From: Thermodesulfobacteriota bacterium
Lineage (GTDB): Bacteria > Desulfobacterota > Desulfarculia > JACQYL01
Direction: 5' to 3'
DNA: 64,000 nucleotides
Assembly (NCBI GenBank): GCA_963675595.2
Contig: CAXXLZ010000001.1
Span: 1,184,001 to 1,248,000, forward strand
Shown here: in pieces, positions 19,488-28,651 of the stretch
How the letters are laid out: each line of letters begins with the position of its first letter
Numbering within the stretch: the stretch's first letter is position 1
Program-made: the position numbers and the translations under genes
The notes under the pieces: model-generated
What the model was told of the DNA's origin: nothing
What the model saw: the letters and a program-made list of their open reading frames with translations, nothing else
Databases searched by the model: none

Positions 19488-21329
19488 ATGAATGTGGAAG
19501 AATTGGTTTTTGGGATTGATTTAGGCACGACCAATTCGGAGATCGCAGTGGTTCTGGACGGCCGACCCACATTGATCCCCGTTGAAAACGAGAGTCCCAT
19601 CCTGCCATCAGTAGTGGGACTTTCGGACGATGGAGCCCTCCTGGTGGGCAGAGCTGCGGCCAATCAATATGTTCCGTACCCCGAACGCACCGTTCGATCG
19701 GTGAAGCGGAGTATGGGAGAGGACCTGACCTTTCAACTCGGCGGCTCCGCTTACTCACCCGTGGAGATATCGGCGATAATTCTGAAACGCCTCAAGGCGG
19801 CGGCGGAGGCGTACGTAGGCGCACCCATCCATCGAGCGGTGATCACCGTCCCCGCCTATTTCTCGGATGCGCAACGCACCGCGACCAAAGAAGCCGGTGA
19901 GATTGCGGGCTTCCATGTGGAAAGAATTCTTAACGAGCCCACCGCCGCTTCTCTTTGCTACCTATCCGCCTTTGATCAGGATTCCTCGAGATTGTTTCTA
20001 GTCTACGACCTGGGAGGTGGAACCTTCGACGTGTCCATCGTCCGTTCCAGGGGGAACCTCACCGAGGTGCTCGCTTCTCACGGAGACAGCCGTTTAGGAG
20101 GAGAGGACTTCGATGCCTTGATCGTTGAGCGTCTCGTTGAGGCGTTCAAAGAAAAGAACGGATTTGACCCCACGCAGTTCACGGCGGCCAAAGCCCGACT
20201 GATGAAGGCGGCTGAGGAGGCAAAGATCCGGCTGTCCACGGAATCCTACGTACGTGTGGTTGAGGAATATCTGGTGACCCGAGACGATACCGCGTATCAC
20301 TTGGAGGCCGAGCTGTCGAGGCATGAGTATGAAGAGATGATCGCACCGCTGATCGAGAAGACCAAAGATTCGGTACAGACCGCTCTGCATGAAGCGGGCA
20401 TTCTTGCCAGGGACTTGGACGAAGTCATTCTGGTGGGAGGAGCGACCCGAACACCGATGATCTCGGACCTGCTTTTTCAGCTGACGTCGTTGATGCCTCA
20501 GTCCAATGTGGACCCCGATCTGGCCGTGGCCGTGGGCGCGGCGCTTCACGGTGCGCGTGTCGCCGATACCCGGGTGGGCAGGATTCTCGTGGATGTAACG
20601 CCTTTCTCTTTCGGGACCTCCTATTTGGGCGATCTAGACGGCGCCCCGTCCATTCACTGCTACAAGGCCATCGTTCGGCGTAATACGCCGTTGCCCACAC
20701 GCCAAACGGAGCTCTTCTACACCATGACCGAAGGACAGGAAGAGATCGAAGTGAACATCTACCAGGGGGAAGACCCGGACGCCAGGCAAAATGTGTTGAT
20801 CGGAAAATTCGAGGTGGATGGATTGGATTCCGAGGCTCCCGCCGGAAGCCCCATCGTTTTCGATATGCGCCTCGACCTCAACGGTATTCTCGACGTGGAC
20901 GTTATCGAAAAACACACCGGACTGAAGAAGAGCGCCACCATTCGGGACGCCTTCCGAAAATTGTCGCCCGAGGAGATTCTGGAGAAAAGGAAAAGACTCG
21001 AGGACGCTTTGCCGGAATCCACCATTGACGCGGCGAGCGGCATTGAAGCCCCTTCTCCGCAGGTCCTGCAGGATCGTCCCGACAAGGCCCCTTACGCAAA
21101 GTGGGCTTTCACTCCGGAGGGGTTGAGCAACGAGCAGAAGGGACTCTGGTCCAAGAGCAGCGCGTTGCTTGAAAAAGCTCTTAGAATGATGTCCGAGGTG
21201 GACCCCATAGACCGGAAAGAGCTCAGAGAAGTCTGTGAAGCCCTCAGAGCGGCAATGGAGCGAAAGGATTTCGAGGAGGTAAAGGACCAGTCGGACGTTC
21301 TCGCCGACATCCTCTTCTACTTGGAGTGA
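19488..21329 (+). CDS. Hsp70/DnaK-family chaperone (accessory paralog)
   Basis: GIDLGTTNS, AVITVPAYF, ILNEPTAA, VYDLGGGTFDVS and ILVGGATR motifs. Substrate-binding domain present; ends DILFYLE. Confidence 0.93.
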   Translation: MNVEELVFGIDLGTTNSEIAVVLDGRPTLIPVENESPILPSVVGLSDDGALLVGRAAANQYVPYPERTVRSVKRSMGEDLTFQLGGSAYSPVEISAIILKRLKAAAEAYVGAPIHRAVITVPAYFSDAQRTATKEAGEIAGFHVERILNEPTAASLCYLSAFDQDSSRLFLVYDLGGGTFDVSIVRSRGNLTEVLASHGDSRLGGEDFDALIVERLVEAFKEKNGFDPTQFTAAKARLMKAAEEAKIRLSTESYVRVVEEYLVTRDDTAYHLEAELSRHEYEEMIAPLIEKTKDSVQTALHEAGILARDLDEVILVGGATRTPMISDLLFQLTSLMPQSNVDPDLAVAVGAALHGARVADTRVGRILVDVTPFSFGTSYLGDLDGAPSIHCYKAIVRRNTPLPTRQTELFYTMTEGQEEIEVNIYQGEDPDARQNVLIGKFEVDGLDSEAPAGSPIVFDMRLDLNGILDVDVIEKHTGLKKSATIRDAFRKLSPEEILEKRKRLEDALPESTIDAASGIEAPSPQVLQDRPDKAPYAKWAFTPEGLSNEQKGLWSKSSALLEKALRMMSEVDPIDRKELREVCEALRAAMERKDFEEVKDQSDVLADILFYLE

Positions 21330-21814
21330 AGCCCGTGCATGCCACACAGGATTCGTTTGCCCTCACGTCCTGTCCGGCCTGCAAGGCGCGACTTCGAGGC
21401 GATGAACCCCTTGATGAGCCTTGCAGACGGTGCGGCTCCGATTTGGAGCTTATTAGAAGAGCTTTGGCATCGGCCCGCCGTCTGGTTGGGGTCGCGAGGA
21501 CACACTTGGCTCGGGGGCAAAGCGAGCAAGCCGTGGTGGCGGCACGCAAGGCCATGGAAATCGTCGACAACGAGGTCGTGCGAAGGCTTCTCTTGGCATG
21601 CCTTCTGAGTCACGGTGCTTGCCGGGAAGCGGTGCGGCTTGTTCTGAGCGGTATCCATGAAAATCAAAGGAGGATAAACGGCGGCGCAATATTCTCATCC
21701 GAACAACCCGCAATACAGAGTGGCCCTGCGTGCGGAACCGCGGAAGCCTATCGGGAGACGGACGCCGATGATGATTCGGGATGGGATTCGGGCGGCAACA
21801 ATTCGATTTCGTAG
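21326..21814 (+). CDS. Small zinc-ribbon (CPAC..CRRC) plus TPR-like protein
   Basis: Two CxxC motifs then a helical hairpin. GTGA overlap with the Hsp70 stop. Confidence 0.65.
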   Translation: MKPVHATQDSFALTSCPACKARLRGDEPLDEPCRRCGSDLELIRRALASARRLVGVARTHLARGQSEQAVVAARKAMEIVDNEVVRRLLLACLLSHGACREAVRLVLSGIHENQRRINGGAIFSSEQPAIQSGPACGTAEAYRETDADDDSGWDSGGNNSIS

Positions 21815-22584
21815 ATCCACGGCCAGAGCTTGCCCGTGACAAAAACGCGGCCCGACTCGGCGTCGAAGGCAATTCCGTTCAGCACATCGATATGGAAGGC
21901 CGCCGAACTCAACCGGCGGAGTTCGCTCAGATCCACCCAGCCCGTGACCTTCCCGGTCTTCGGCGAAATCTTCGCAATCAAATCGGTATGCCAAACGTTC
22001 GCTAGTATCTCCCCGTGCACGTATTCCAGTTCGTTGAGTTGAGGAACTCGTTTACCTTGGGCCCGGACCTCGATTCTCCGGATTTCCTCAAAGGTATCCG
22101 CATCGAGGAACCTGAGCCAAGCCGTTCCATCACTCATGATGAGATATTTTCCGTCCGTGGTGAGTCCCCAGCCCTGCCCTTCATATTTGAACGTACCCAC
22201 TTGGTCGAACGTTTCCCGATCATAGACATAGGCGACGCCGGCTTGCCAAGTCAGTTGGATCAGCCGGTTCCGGTACAGGACCAACCCTTCACCGAAAAGC
22301 CGATCCGGGAGTCGTTTTTCCCGGAGCACCTTCCCCGTGTCGGGACGAACCTCTCTGAGTGAGGATTCGCCGTAAAGCCCGGTGCTCTCGTAGAAGAAAC
22401 CGTTATGGTAAATTAATCCCTGTGTGAAGGCCCTCCTGTCGTGCGGGCGGCATTGGATTACTCGGTAGCCGAGAACGGGCGGCGATCCGGGCTCCTCCAC
22501 ACTTGAGGCATACGGGAGAGTACACAACAGGAGGAGCAGAAAAGAAGAAATGGATACCGCGTTTCGCACGGCGTGTCTCCGCAC
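21748..22584 (-). CDS. Glutaminyl-peptide cyclotransferase (beta-propeller QC), exported
   Basis: HD..AFTQGL, ESTGLYGES, FGEGL, QLTW, GWGLT, LNELEY, VLNGIA and TGKLWP motifs. Signal peptide. Confidence 0.92.
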   Translation of the reverse strand: MRRHAVRNAVSISSFLLLLLCTLPYASSVEEPGSPPVLGYRVIQCRPHDRRAFTQGLIYHNGFFYESTGLYGESSLREVRPDTGKVLREKRLPDRLFGEGLVLYRNRLIQLTWQAGVAYVYDRETFDQVGTFKYEGQGWGLTTDGKYLIMSDGTAWLRFLDADTFEEIRRIEVRAQGKRVPQLNELEYVHGEILANVWHTDLIAKISPKTGKVTGWVDLSELRRLSSAAFHIDVLNGIAFDAESGRVFVTGKLWPWIYEIELLPPESHPESSSASVSR

Positions 22585-22630
22585 TGGAAACGGGGATCCG
22601 GGGGGACCCCCGTCCGTGGTTAGTCAACGT

Positions 22631-22777
22631 TTATTTCGGACCATGGCAGGCCGGAGCATGGCAGGCCGGAGCATGGCATGCAGGGGCATGGCACGCGGGG
22701 GCATGGCACGCGGGGGCATGGCAGGCCGTAGCGTTGGAAGAACACTTTCTGCTCTCCACTTTGCTCGTCTTAAGCAT
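22631..22777 (-). CDS. Putative RiPP precursor, 48 aa: MLKTSKVESRKCSSNAT-(ACHAP)5-ACHGPK
   Basis: SD AAAGGAGGTGA overlaps the rSAM stop. Six 15-nt repeats vary almost only at third codon positions in this frame. Confidence 0.85.
   Translation of the reverse strand: MLKTSKVESRKCSSNATACHAPACHAPACHAPACHAPACHAPACHGPK
22637..22726 (-). repeat. Six tandem 15-bp coding repeats (GCN TGC CAT GSN CCN)
   Basis: Units read directly: gcc tgc cat gcc ccc / gcg..gcc ccc / gcg..gcc cct / gca..gct ccg / gcc..gct ccg / gcc..ggt ccg. Confidence 0.95.
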
Positions 22778-22781
22778 CGGC

Positions 22782-24821
22782 TCACCTCCTTTCCTCTTGG
22801 ATACTCTGGGGGGCACGCAGAAGATTCATCTCAACCAGAATCTCCAGGGCTTCCCGACAAGACTCGAAAAATGCATCGAACCTCATGCCTTCGCCATGGC
22901 GAAGATACAGCTCTTCGGAAATGGAGCGAAGGTCGCGCCTTCCATCACATTTGTCGATGAGATCGTTCCCAAAGGCATTGATTTCCGTAATCTCCAGCCG
23001 ATCATCCGCGTGTTGGAACACCAACACGGCCTCCGAAGGGGAATAATCCGCGCGAAACAGGCCGTTCTTCATATCCGCGACGATTTCAGGCAGCGGGTAC
23101 TCGAACTTCTTGATCAGAAAATCGTTCCTGCGCAGGGGGGTAAATTGGTGGAGCCCCAACAGATCCATATGAAAAGGCGGTTCCTTCAACTCCAATCGCC
23201 CCGCTTCAACGCCCGCCGCCTCATAGCGGATCATATCCGGAAGATGGCGATAAGAAAGAATCGCTTTGTCACTTAGGAGTCGCCCGACGAAGGAAGCGAG
23301 ACCTTGATGACACTCGGAAGGAGAAAGCGACGGAGTCGTCTTGTTGTGGTCGATCTTAAGACGGCCGAGCCATTCCAGGAAAAGTGCGGAAGGCGACCGG
23401 CCCGTTTCGAGCGTCAAAAGGGCGAAGGACTTGGGGAACAGGTTGACCACGATGGGAAAATAGTCGGCAAGAAGAGCCAGATCATCGAGATCGAATCCGT
23501 CACATGGGACATTATAGAATGCTGAGAATATCTCGGGATCCGAATCAATCAGACGATCATCCTCCGGAAGGCGCTTGCCCTGAAGAAATTCCAGTCCCAG
23601 AGAGAAATAGGTGTCCACTCGACGCTCCAAAACGGGAAGCGACTCCTTGTGAAGGTCTGTTCCCGGCAGAACCGTGGGTAGCTGAATGATGGTGTTAACG
23701 TCGCCCAATATCCCGGTCTGCAGAGCCAGCCACAAAGTCGCGTCCACGTCTTCCTCTCTCTCTTTCGGGAAGCCCGTCACGTAACTCAGAGTGGGAACGA
23801 TGCCCTCTTCCGTTGTGCTGCGGACCCGATCCAACAAAATCTCTTTGTCGATGCTTTTCCTAATGTAGGCCAGGGTCTTCTCGGAGCCCGAGTCAATGCC
23901 GTAGCACACGGATTCGCATCCGGCCTCGCGCATCAGTTTCAGCAGAGCACCATCCACGCCGTCCAGTCGTGAAATGCAATACCAGGGAAGATCGTTCAAT
24001 CCTTCTTGGATCATCTTCCCGCAGAATTCCTCCACGAAATCGCGATGGGAAGTGAATTGGTCATAGGCCAACAGAAGGCACTCCGCCCCGTGGTTCCGTT
24101 TGAGGTGTCCGACTTCCCGGATCAGGCGACGGACGGAAAAGCGACGCGTTCGCCTCCGCCACAGTACCGACTCGGAGCAATAAATACACCGGTGAGGACA
24201 TCCCCTTCCCACCTCAAGAATCGCGATGCTGCGAGTCAGTCCGCAGGCGTCGCGATAAACCGAAAACTCGGGAACCAGGGAATAGTCCGGCAAAGGAAGA
24301 GAGTCCAGATCGGCGATGAGAGGCCGATCCTCGTTTCGCAAGATTTCCGTTCCTCTTCGATAGGAGACTCCGGGCACATCTTCCGGTCGGGTGGAATCGA
24401 AGGTGCTCAACCATTCGGGAAACGAGACCTCCCCTTCCCCGCGTACTACGGCATCCACCCATGGATATCTCTGCAATGTCTGTAGGTCCACGCAGGAAGC
24501 CGTGTGGCCGCCCAAAGCGATGTGCAGCCTCTTGTTCATTTCCTTCAAAAGGCGAGCGATCCGGAGAACCGCCGGATAAGTAGTACATTGGGCACTGAAT
24601 GCCACCACATCGGGGTCAACCGACAGCACGGCTTCGGCGCAATCGGAATAAATGGACCGTCCCGGCTTCAATGCACCGCGCCGGATCCCTAAAACGAAGT
24701 CATGGATCGTCACTTGGTGCCCCCGAGACTTCAAGGCACCGGCAACGTTAATCAACCCCAACGGGGGAAGATTATAGAGAGATTCCAGGTAGAATGGGGG
24801 AAATACCAGTGATATCTTCAT
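22782..24821 (-). CDS. B12-binding radical SAM enzyme with C-terminal PqqD/RRE-like domain
   Basis: Cobalamin domain (PPLGL, DVVAFS, LGGHTA, VVRGEGE), GRGCPHRCIYC, YGIDSGS and TGFPKE. C-terminal EINAFG.DLIDKCDGRRDLRSI...ALEILVEMNLL winged-helix pattern. Confidence 0.9.
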   Translation of the reverse strand: MKISLVFPPFYLESLYNLPPLGLINVAGALKSRGHQVTIHDFVLGIRRGALKPGRSIYSDCAEAVLSVDPDVVAFSAQCTTYPAVLRIARLLKEMNKRLHIALGGHTASCVDLQTLQRYPWVDAVVRGEGEVSFPEWLSTFDSTRPEDVPGVSYRRGTEILRNEDRPLIADLDSLPLPDYSLVPEFSVYRDACGLTRSIAILEVGRGCPHRCIYCSESVLWRRRTRRFSVRRLIREVGHLKRNHGAECLLLAYDQFTSHRDFVEEFCGKMIQEGLNDLPWYCISRLDGVDGALLKLMREAGCESVCYGIDSGSEKTLAYIRKSIDKEILLDRVRSTTEEGIVPTLSYVTGFPKEREEDVDATLWLALQTGILGDVNTIIQLPTVLPGTDLHKESLPVLERRVDTYFSLGLEFLQGKRLPEDDRLIDSDPEIFSAFYNVPCDGFDLDDLALLADYFPIVVNLFPKSFALLTLETGRSPSALFLEWLGRLKIDHNKTTPSLSPSECHQGLASFVGRLLSDKAILSYRHLPDMIRYEAAGVEAGRLELKEPPFHMDLLGLHQFTPLRRNDFLIKKFEYPLPEIVADMKNGLFRADYSPSEAVLVFQHADDRLEITEINAFGNDLIDKCDGRRDLRSISEELYLRHGEGMRFDAFFESCREALEILVEMNLLRAPQSIQEERR

Positions 24822-24866
24822 GACAATAAAGAGCGGCTCCGGTTGGGTATTCCGTTTATGAGTTCC

Positions 24867-25772
24867 TCAGGTCTGCTCCATGAGTCTGCGAATCCGCTCT
24901 CCCTGCTTCAGGCCGTTCATCCAATCCGAAGGAACGGCTTCAAGTCCCAAGTGCGCTCCAAGCACCATGCCGACCACCATTCCTCTTCCGGCCGAGTCTC
25001 CTCCGGCCATGACGTTCCGGATCAGGGCCTCCCGCAGGCTGCCGGAATATTTGACAATCAAGTGAACAACGGAGGGAAAGGCGTCTTGTGTGTGACAGGA
25101 TTGTCCGAGATTCTCTATAGCGTCCACGGTGTCCAGGTCCGCAGAGCTCATTCCCTTCGTGAGCCAATCTCCTATGGGAGAATCCCAGCTATGTGCCCGA
25201 GCCGTGTCTTGAAGTGCTGAAACCGGATCCGCTCCTTGGAGAGCCTTCCAAGAGACAATGGAGAAAAACTTTGCACTTTCCAGTACATAAGGATGGTTGT
25301 GAGTCATACGGGTCTGTGCTGCGGCGGCTTCCAGAAATCCATCAAGGCTGTCCGGGTACCAAAGAACAAGTGGCGCGACACGTCCCACCGCCGCGAGATC
25401 CGTGGAAGAGGAGCCTGAATAGGACGGATCGGCCCCGTTTTCGAAATTGATCAGGGCGCCCTTGGTGGCTTTGTCTACATAACCCTTGTAGTCTGCGAAA
25501 AACCGCCTCCAGGATCGGGCGAAGGCATTGAGGTCGAACTTACCCTCGGAAGCGAGGGATTCCAGCAATACCAACGCTTGATCCCCATAGTGAGTGAAAT
25601 CGCCCCGGCTTTTTCCGGAGTGGTAGGAGCCGGGGTCCGGAGCTAGGAGATGATCGACTTGCCCGAAGGAGTCGCGTATTTTGGCCGTATCGTAGATCCA
25701 GTGTGCGCCCAAAGCGAGGGAATCCGCCACAAAGGATGCAAGCACCATGGCGTGAGCTTTTTGTATTTCCAT
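24867..25772 (-). CDS. ADP-ribosylglycohydrolase (DraG-like) family protein
   Basis: ADSLALGAHW, THYGDQ, MTHN and AGGDSAGRG motifs. Confidence 0.85.
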   Translation of the reverse strand: MEIQKAHAMVLASFVADSLALGAHWIYDTAKIRDSFGQVDHLLAPDPGSYHSGKSRGDFTHYGDQALVLLESLASEGKFDLNAFARSWRRFFADYKGYVDKATKGALINFENGADPSYSGSSSTDLAAVGRVAPLVLWYPDSLDGFLEAAAAQTRMTHNHPYVLESAKFFSIVSWKALQGADPVSALQDTARAHSWDSPIGDWLTKGMSSADLDTVDAIENLGQSCHTQDAFPSVVHLIVKYSGSLREALIRNVMAGGDSAGRGMVVGMVLGAHLGLEAVPSDWMNGLKQGERIRRLMEQT

Positions 25773-25919
25773 GGATTGTCTCCGGTGAGAGGGTGTGTCG
25801 CGATCGCTCAATGAAGTGGTGGCCTACCCCAATATGACTCTATAAGAGTAAACATGAGTTCCGGAGGACGCAAGCGAAACTCGAGGATTGGAGTCCAAAT
25901 CGAGCTGCGGAGGTAAAGG

Positions 25920-27722
25920 ATGGCTTTCTCGACCGAAGAACCGAAGGACGTTGTCTGGGAGCTCTCAGACCTGTATTCCGGTCCGGAAGACCCGGCACGG
26001 GAACACGACCAAGAACAATGCCGTGCCGAGGCCGAGCGACTGGTTCAAGACTATGAAGGCCGAGTCGGATCCCTGAGCCCGGCGGAGTTGGCCGTGGCTT
26101 TGAACAGGTATGAAGACCTGTGGGAACGTGTCCGGAAATTGAGCTCCTACGCTTATCTCAACTTCGTCACCCGGACCGATCAACCGGGGGCGGGAGCCCT
26201 CTATCAGGCTGCAAGGGAGTTTGAGAGCGAGATCCGGGAGAAGACGTTGTTTGTCGAGCTCGAGTGGATTCGGACGGGGAGGGAAGAAGCGGAGCACAGG
26301 CTGCAGGCTCCCATACTGGATCGGTTCGGGCACTACCTCAAGCGCTTGTCCGCTTATAGGGATCACACCCTCTCCGACGCCGAAGAAAAGATTCTCGTTC
26401 AAAAAGAACCCTGCGGTACTTTTGCCTGGAAAAGTCTGTTCGAAAAGATCCTGAGCCGTCAGCGATTCGGTCGGATGCGCAGATCGGAGTCGGAGGTCTT
26501 GAGCGATCTCTACCACCCGGATCGAGAAAGCCGCAGGCAGGCGGCTCTTGATTTGAATGAAGGAATCGGAGAAGTCGAACACTTATTGACCCATGTGTTC
26601 AATACATTGCTCCTGGACAAAGCCGTCTCGGACCGGATCCGGAGATACGACTCTTGGATCGAAGAACGCAATCTCGACAACGAAATTGAGGACGAAACCG
26701 TTGAGACTCTGACACAGGTCGTAGTCTCCGGCTATGGTCTCGTTCGGCGGTATTATCGATTGAAGCGGGAAATTCTCGGATACGACCGTCTCTTCGATTA
26801 CGACCGCTATGCTCCCCTTCCCCAAGGCGAGGATCGGGTCTATGCCTGGGGGGAAGCCCGAGATTTGGTGCTATCCGGGTTCGAAGAGTTCAGCCCCCTT
26901 TTCAGTCAAACGGCGGAACGTTTTTTCCGGGGAGGTTGGATTCATGCTCCCGCCGCAATAGGCAAGAAAAGCGGGGCCTTTTCACATCCCTGCGTTCCTT
27001 CGGTTCATCCTTATATTCTGATGAATTTCACGGGAAGATTCCGGGATGTGATGACCCTTGCCCATGAACTGGGCCACGGTGTGCACCAGTGGATGTGCAG
27101 GGATCAAGGTTTCTTGAACAGCAGTGTTCCTCTCACTTTGGCGGAAACCGCGTCCGTGTTCGGGGAAATGCTCATTTTCGAAAAACTGCTCAACAATGCT
27201 CGGTCTCCGACGGAAAGACTGAGGATTTTGTGCTCCAGGATTGAAGACGCGTTTGCCACGGTTTTCAGGCAGGTCGCCATGCATCGATTCGAAGAACGGT
27301 GCCACCGCCGAAGGAGGAAGGGCATCGAGCCGTCCGGAGAAGAGTTCGGCGACTTCTGGATGGAGACACAGTGCGAGATGTTTGGAGATTCAGTGACGTT
27401 ACTGGACCATTATCGGAATTGCTGGGCCTACATTCCTCACTTCGTACATACCCCTGGCTACGTCTACGCTTATGCGTTCGGCGAACTCATGGTCTTCTCT
27501 CTCATAAGAAAATACCACAAAGAGGGCCCCGCTTTCGTTCCTAAGTACGAGGAGCTCTTGGCGGCCGGCGGAAGGCGGTCTCCCCGTTTTCTCCTTTCCC
27601 GGCTGGAAGTCGACATCGCCTCACGAAATTTCTGGACTCAAGGACTGGAATTTCTGGAGGAAATCATCGCTGAGGCCGAGCGAATATGGAACGAACACCC
27701 GTCACGGGATGGAGTTTCCTGA
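25920..27722 (+). CDS. pepF: M3B oligoendopeptidase F
   Basis: WELSDLY, GKKSGAF, TLAHELGHGVH, AETASVFGE and YVYAYAFG motifs. GGAGGT RBS. Confidence 0.9.
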   Translation: MAFSTEEPKDVVWELSDLYSGPEDPAREHDQEQCRAEAERLVQDYEGRVGSLSPAELAVALNRYEDLWERVRKLSSYAYLNFVTRTDQPGAGALYQAAREFESEIREKTLFVELEWIRTGREEAEHRLQAPILDRFGHYLKRLSAYRDHTLSDAEEKILVQKEPCGTFAWKSLFEKILSRQRFGRMRRSESEVLSDLYHPDRESRRQAALDLNEGIGEVEHLLTHVFNTLLLDKAVSDRIRRYDSWIEERNLDNEIEDETVETLTQVVVSGYGLVRRYYRLKREILGYDRLFDYDRYAPLPQGEDRVYAWGEARDLVLSGFEEFSPLFSQTAERFFRGGWIHAPAAIGKKSGAFSHPCVPSVHPYILMNFTGRFRDVMTLAHELGHGVHQWMCRDQGFLNSSVPLTLAETASVFGEMLIFEKLLNNARSPTERLRILCSRIEDAFATVFRQVAMHRFEERCHRRRRKGIEPSGEEFGDFWMETQCEMFGDSVTLLDHYRNCWAYIPHFVHTPGYVYAYAFGELMVFSLIRKYHKEGPAFVPKYEELLAAGGRRSPRFLLSRLEVDIASRNFWTQGLEFLEEIIAEAERIWNEHPSRDGVS

Positions 27723-27793
27723 AATTGGAAATTGTTCCGGGAGGTTAAGTGCCTGCAATGCTTATTTCAGCCTCCCGGATCGTGGAGAACTCT

Positions 27794-28651
27794 CTATTCA
27801 TCTTTTCTTTCGGCATAGGTCAGCACCATCCCGCCGTCGAAAAGGAGGTCGCCTCCCACCAAGTAACGGGCGAACCTGGAGAAGCCGAAAAGAAAAAGGT
27901 TTCCCACCTCAATGGGGGTCATCATTTCCTTCACGCGTGAGCTTCCCAACATGACTTCCCGGACCACCTGTTCCGGGGTGATTCCTCGCTTCTCCGCCTG
28001 AGCCGGTATCTGCCTGAGGGCCAAAGCCGTCTTGACAAAGCCCGTGCTTACCGTGAACGAACGCACCTTGCCTTTTCCTTCGGCGGATATGGACTGAGAC
28101 AGAGCCCGCAATGAAAACTTGGTGATGTTATAGGACGACTTGCAGATGGTGGAGATGTGGGCATGGGCCGATGCCATGTTCCCAATGACTCCCCGACCGT
28201 CCCTCGACTGTTTCATGTGTGGAATGGTGAGCTTGGATAGAAAAAAAGGCGCCCTGATCATGACTCGCTGCATCAGGTCATATTTTTCCATGGGGAAGTC
28301 TTCGATGTAGTCAATGTGCTGCATTCCCGCCACATTGACCAGGTATTTTATGGATCCCAATCCGGCCGCCTCGGCCACCGCCCGCTCCATATCATCATCC
28401 CGGGTCAGATCCGTACGGATGAACTTCATCCGACCGCCCATGTCCAGAGCCATTTGAACCGTTCTGTCGCCCTCTTCCTGATTGACGTCCAAGCCTACCA
28501 CCGTCAGGTTGTTTGCCGCCGCCGCCACGCATGCGGCTCTCCCGATGCCGCCCGAAGCTCCGGTGACGATGCAGACATGATCGGTGCTGAAATCCGGATC
28601 TTCAAGAATAAGGATTTCTTCACGGGTAATCCCGGGTTCGCTGATGTCCAT
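27794..28651 (-). CDS. SDR oxidoreductase, 3-hydroxybutyrate dehydrogenase-like
   Basis: TGASGGIG, NVAGMQH, ASAH and YNITK motifs. AGGAGG RBS before MDISEP. Confidence 0.85.
   Translation of the reverse strand: MDISEPGITREEILILEDPDFSTDHVCIVTGASGGIGRAACVAAAANNLTVVGLDVNQEEGDRTVQMALDMGGRMKFIRTDLTRDDDMERAVAEAAGLGSIKYLVNVAGMQHIDYIEDFPMEKYDLMQRVMIRAPFFLSKLTIPHMKQSRDGRGVIGNMASAHAHISTICKSSYNITKFSLRALSQSISAEGKGKVRSFTVSTGFVKTALALRQIPAQAEKRGITPEQVVREVMLGSSRVKEMMTPIEVGNLFLFGFSRFARYLVGGDLLFDGGMVLTYAERKDE

Noticed and set aside
21748-22584. Glutaminyl cyclase as a tailoring enzyme of the ACHAP peptide
   Set aside because: The precursor has no Gln, the QC has a signal peptide, and a GC-rich hairpin (about 22590-22613) separates the genes.
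22637-22726. CRISPR array or VNTR interpretation of the 15-bp repeats
   Set aside because: No spacers and no cas genes. The repeats are in-frame coding units.
22503-23276. Plus-strand ORFs over the repeat (WQAGA/WHAGA and MAGRS/MARGG)
   Set aside because: They are antisense to the rSAM and QC genes, have no convincing RBS, and the repeat variation changes amino acids in those frames. The minus ACHAP frame has a strong SD and near-purely synonymous variation.
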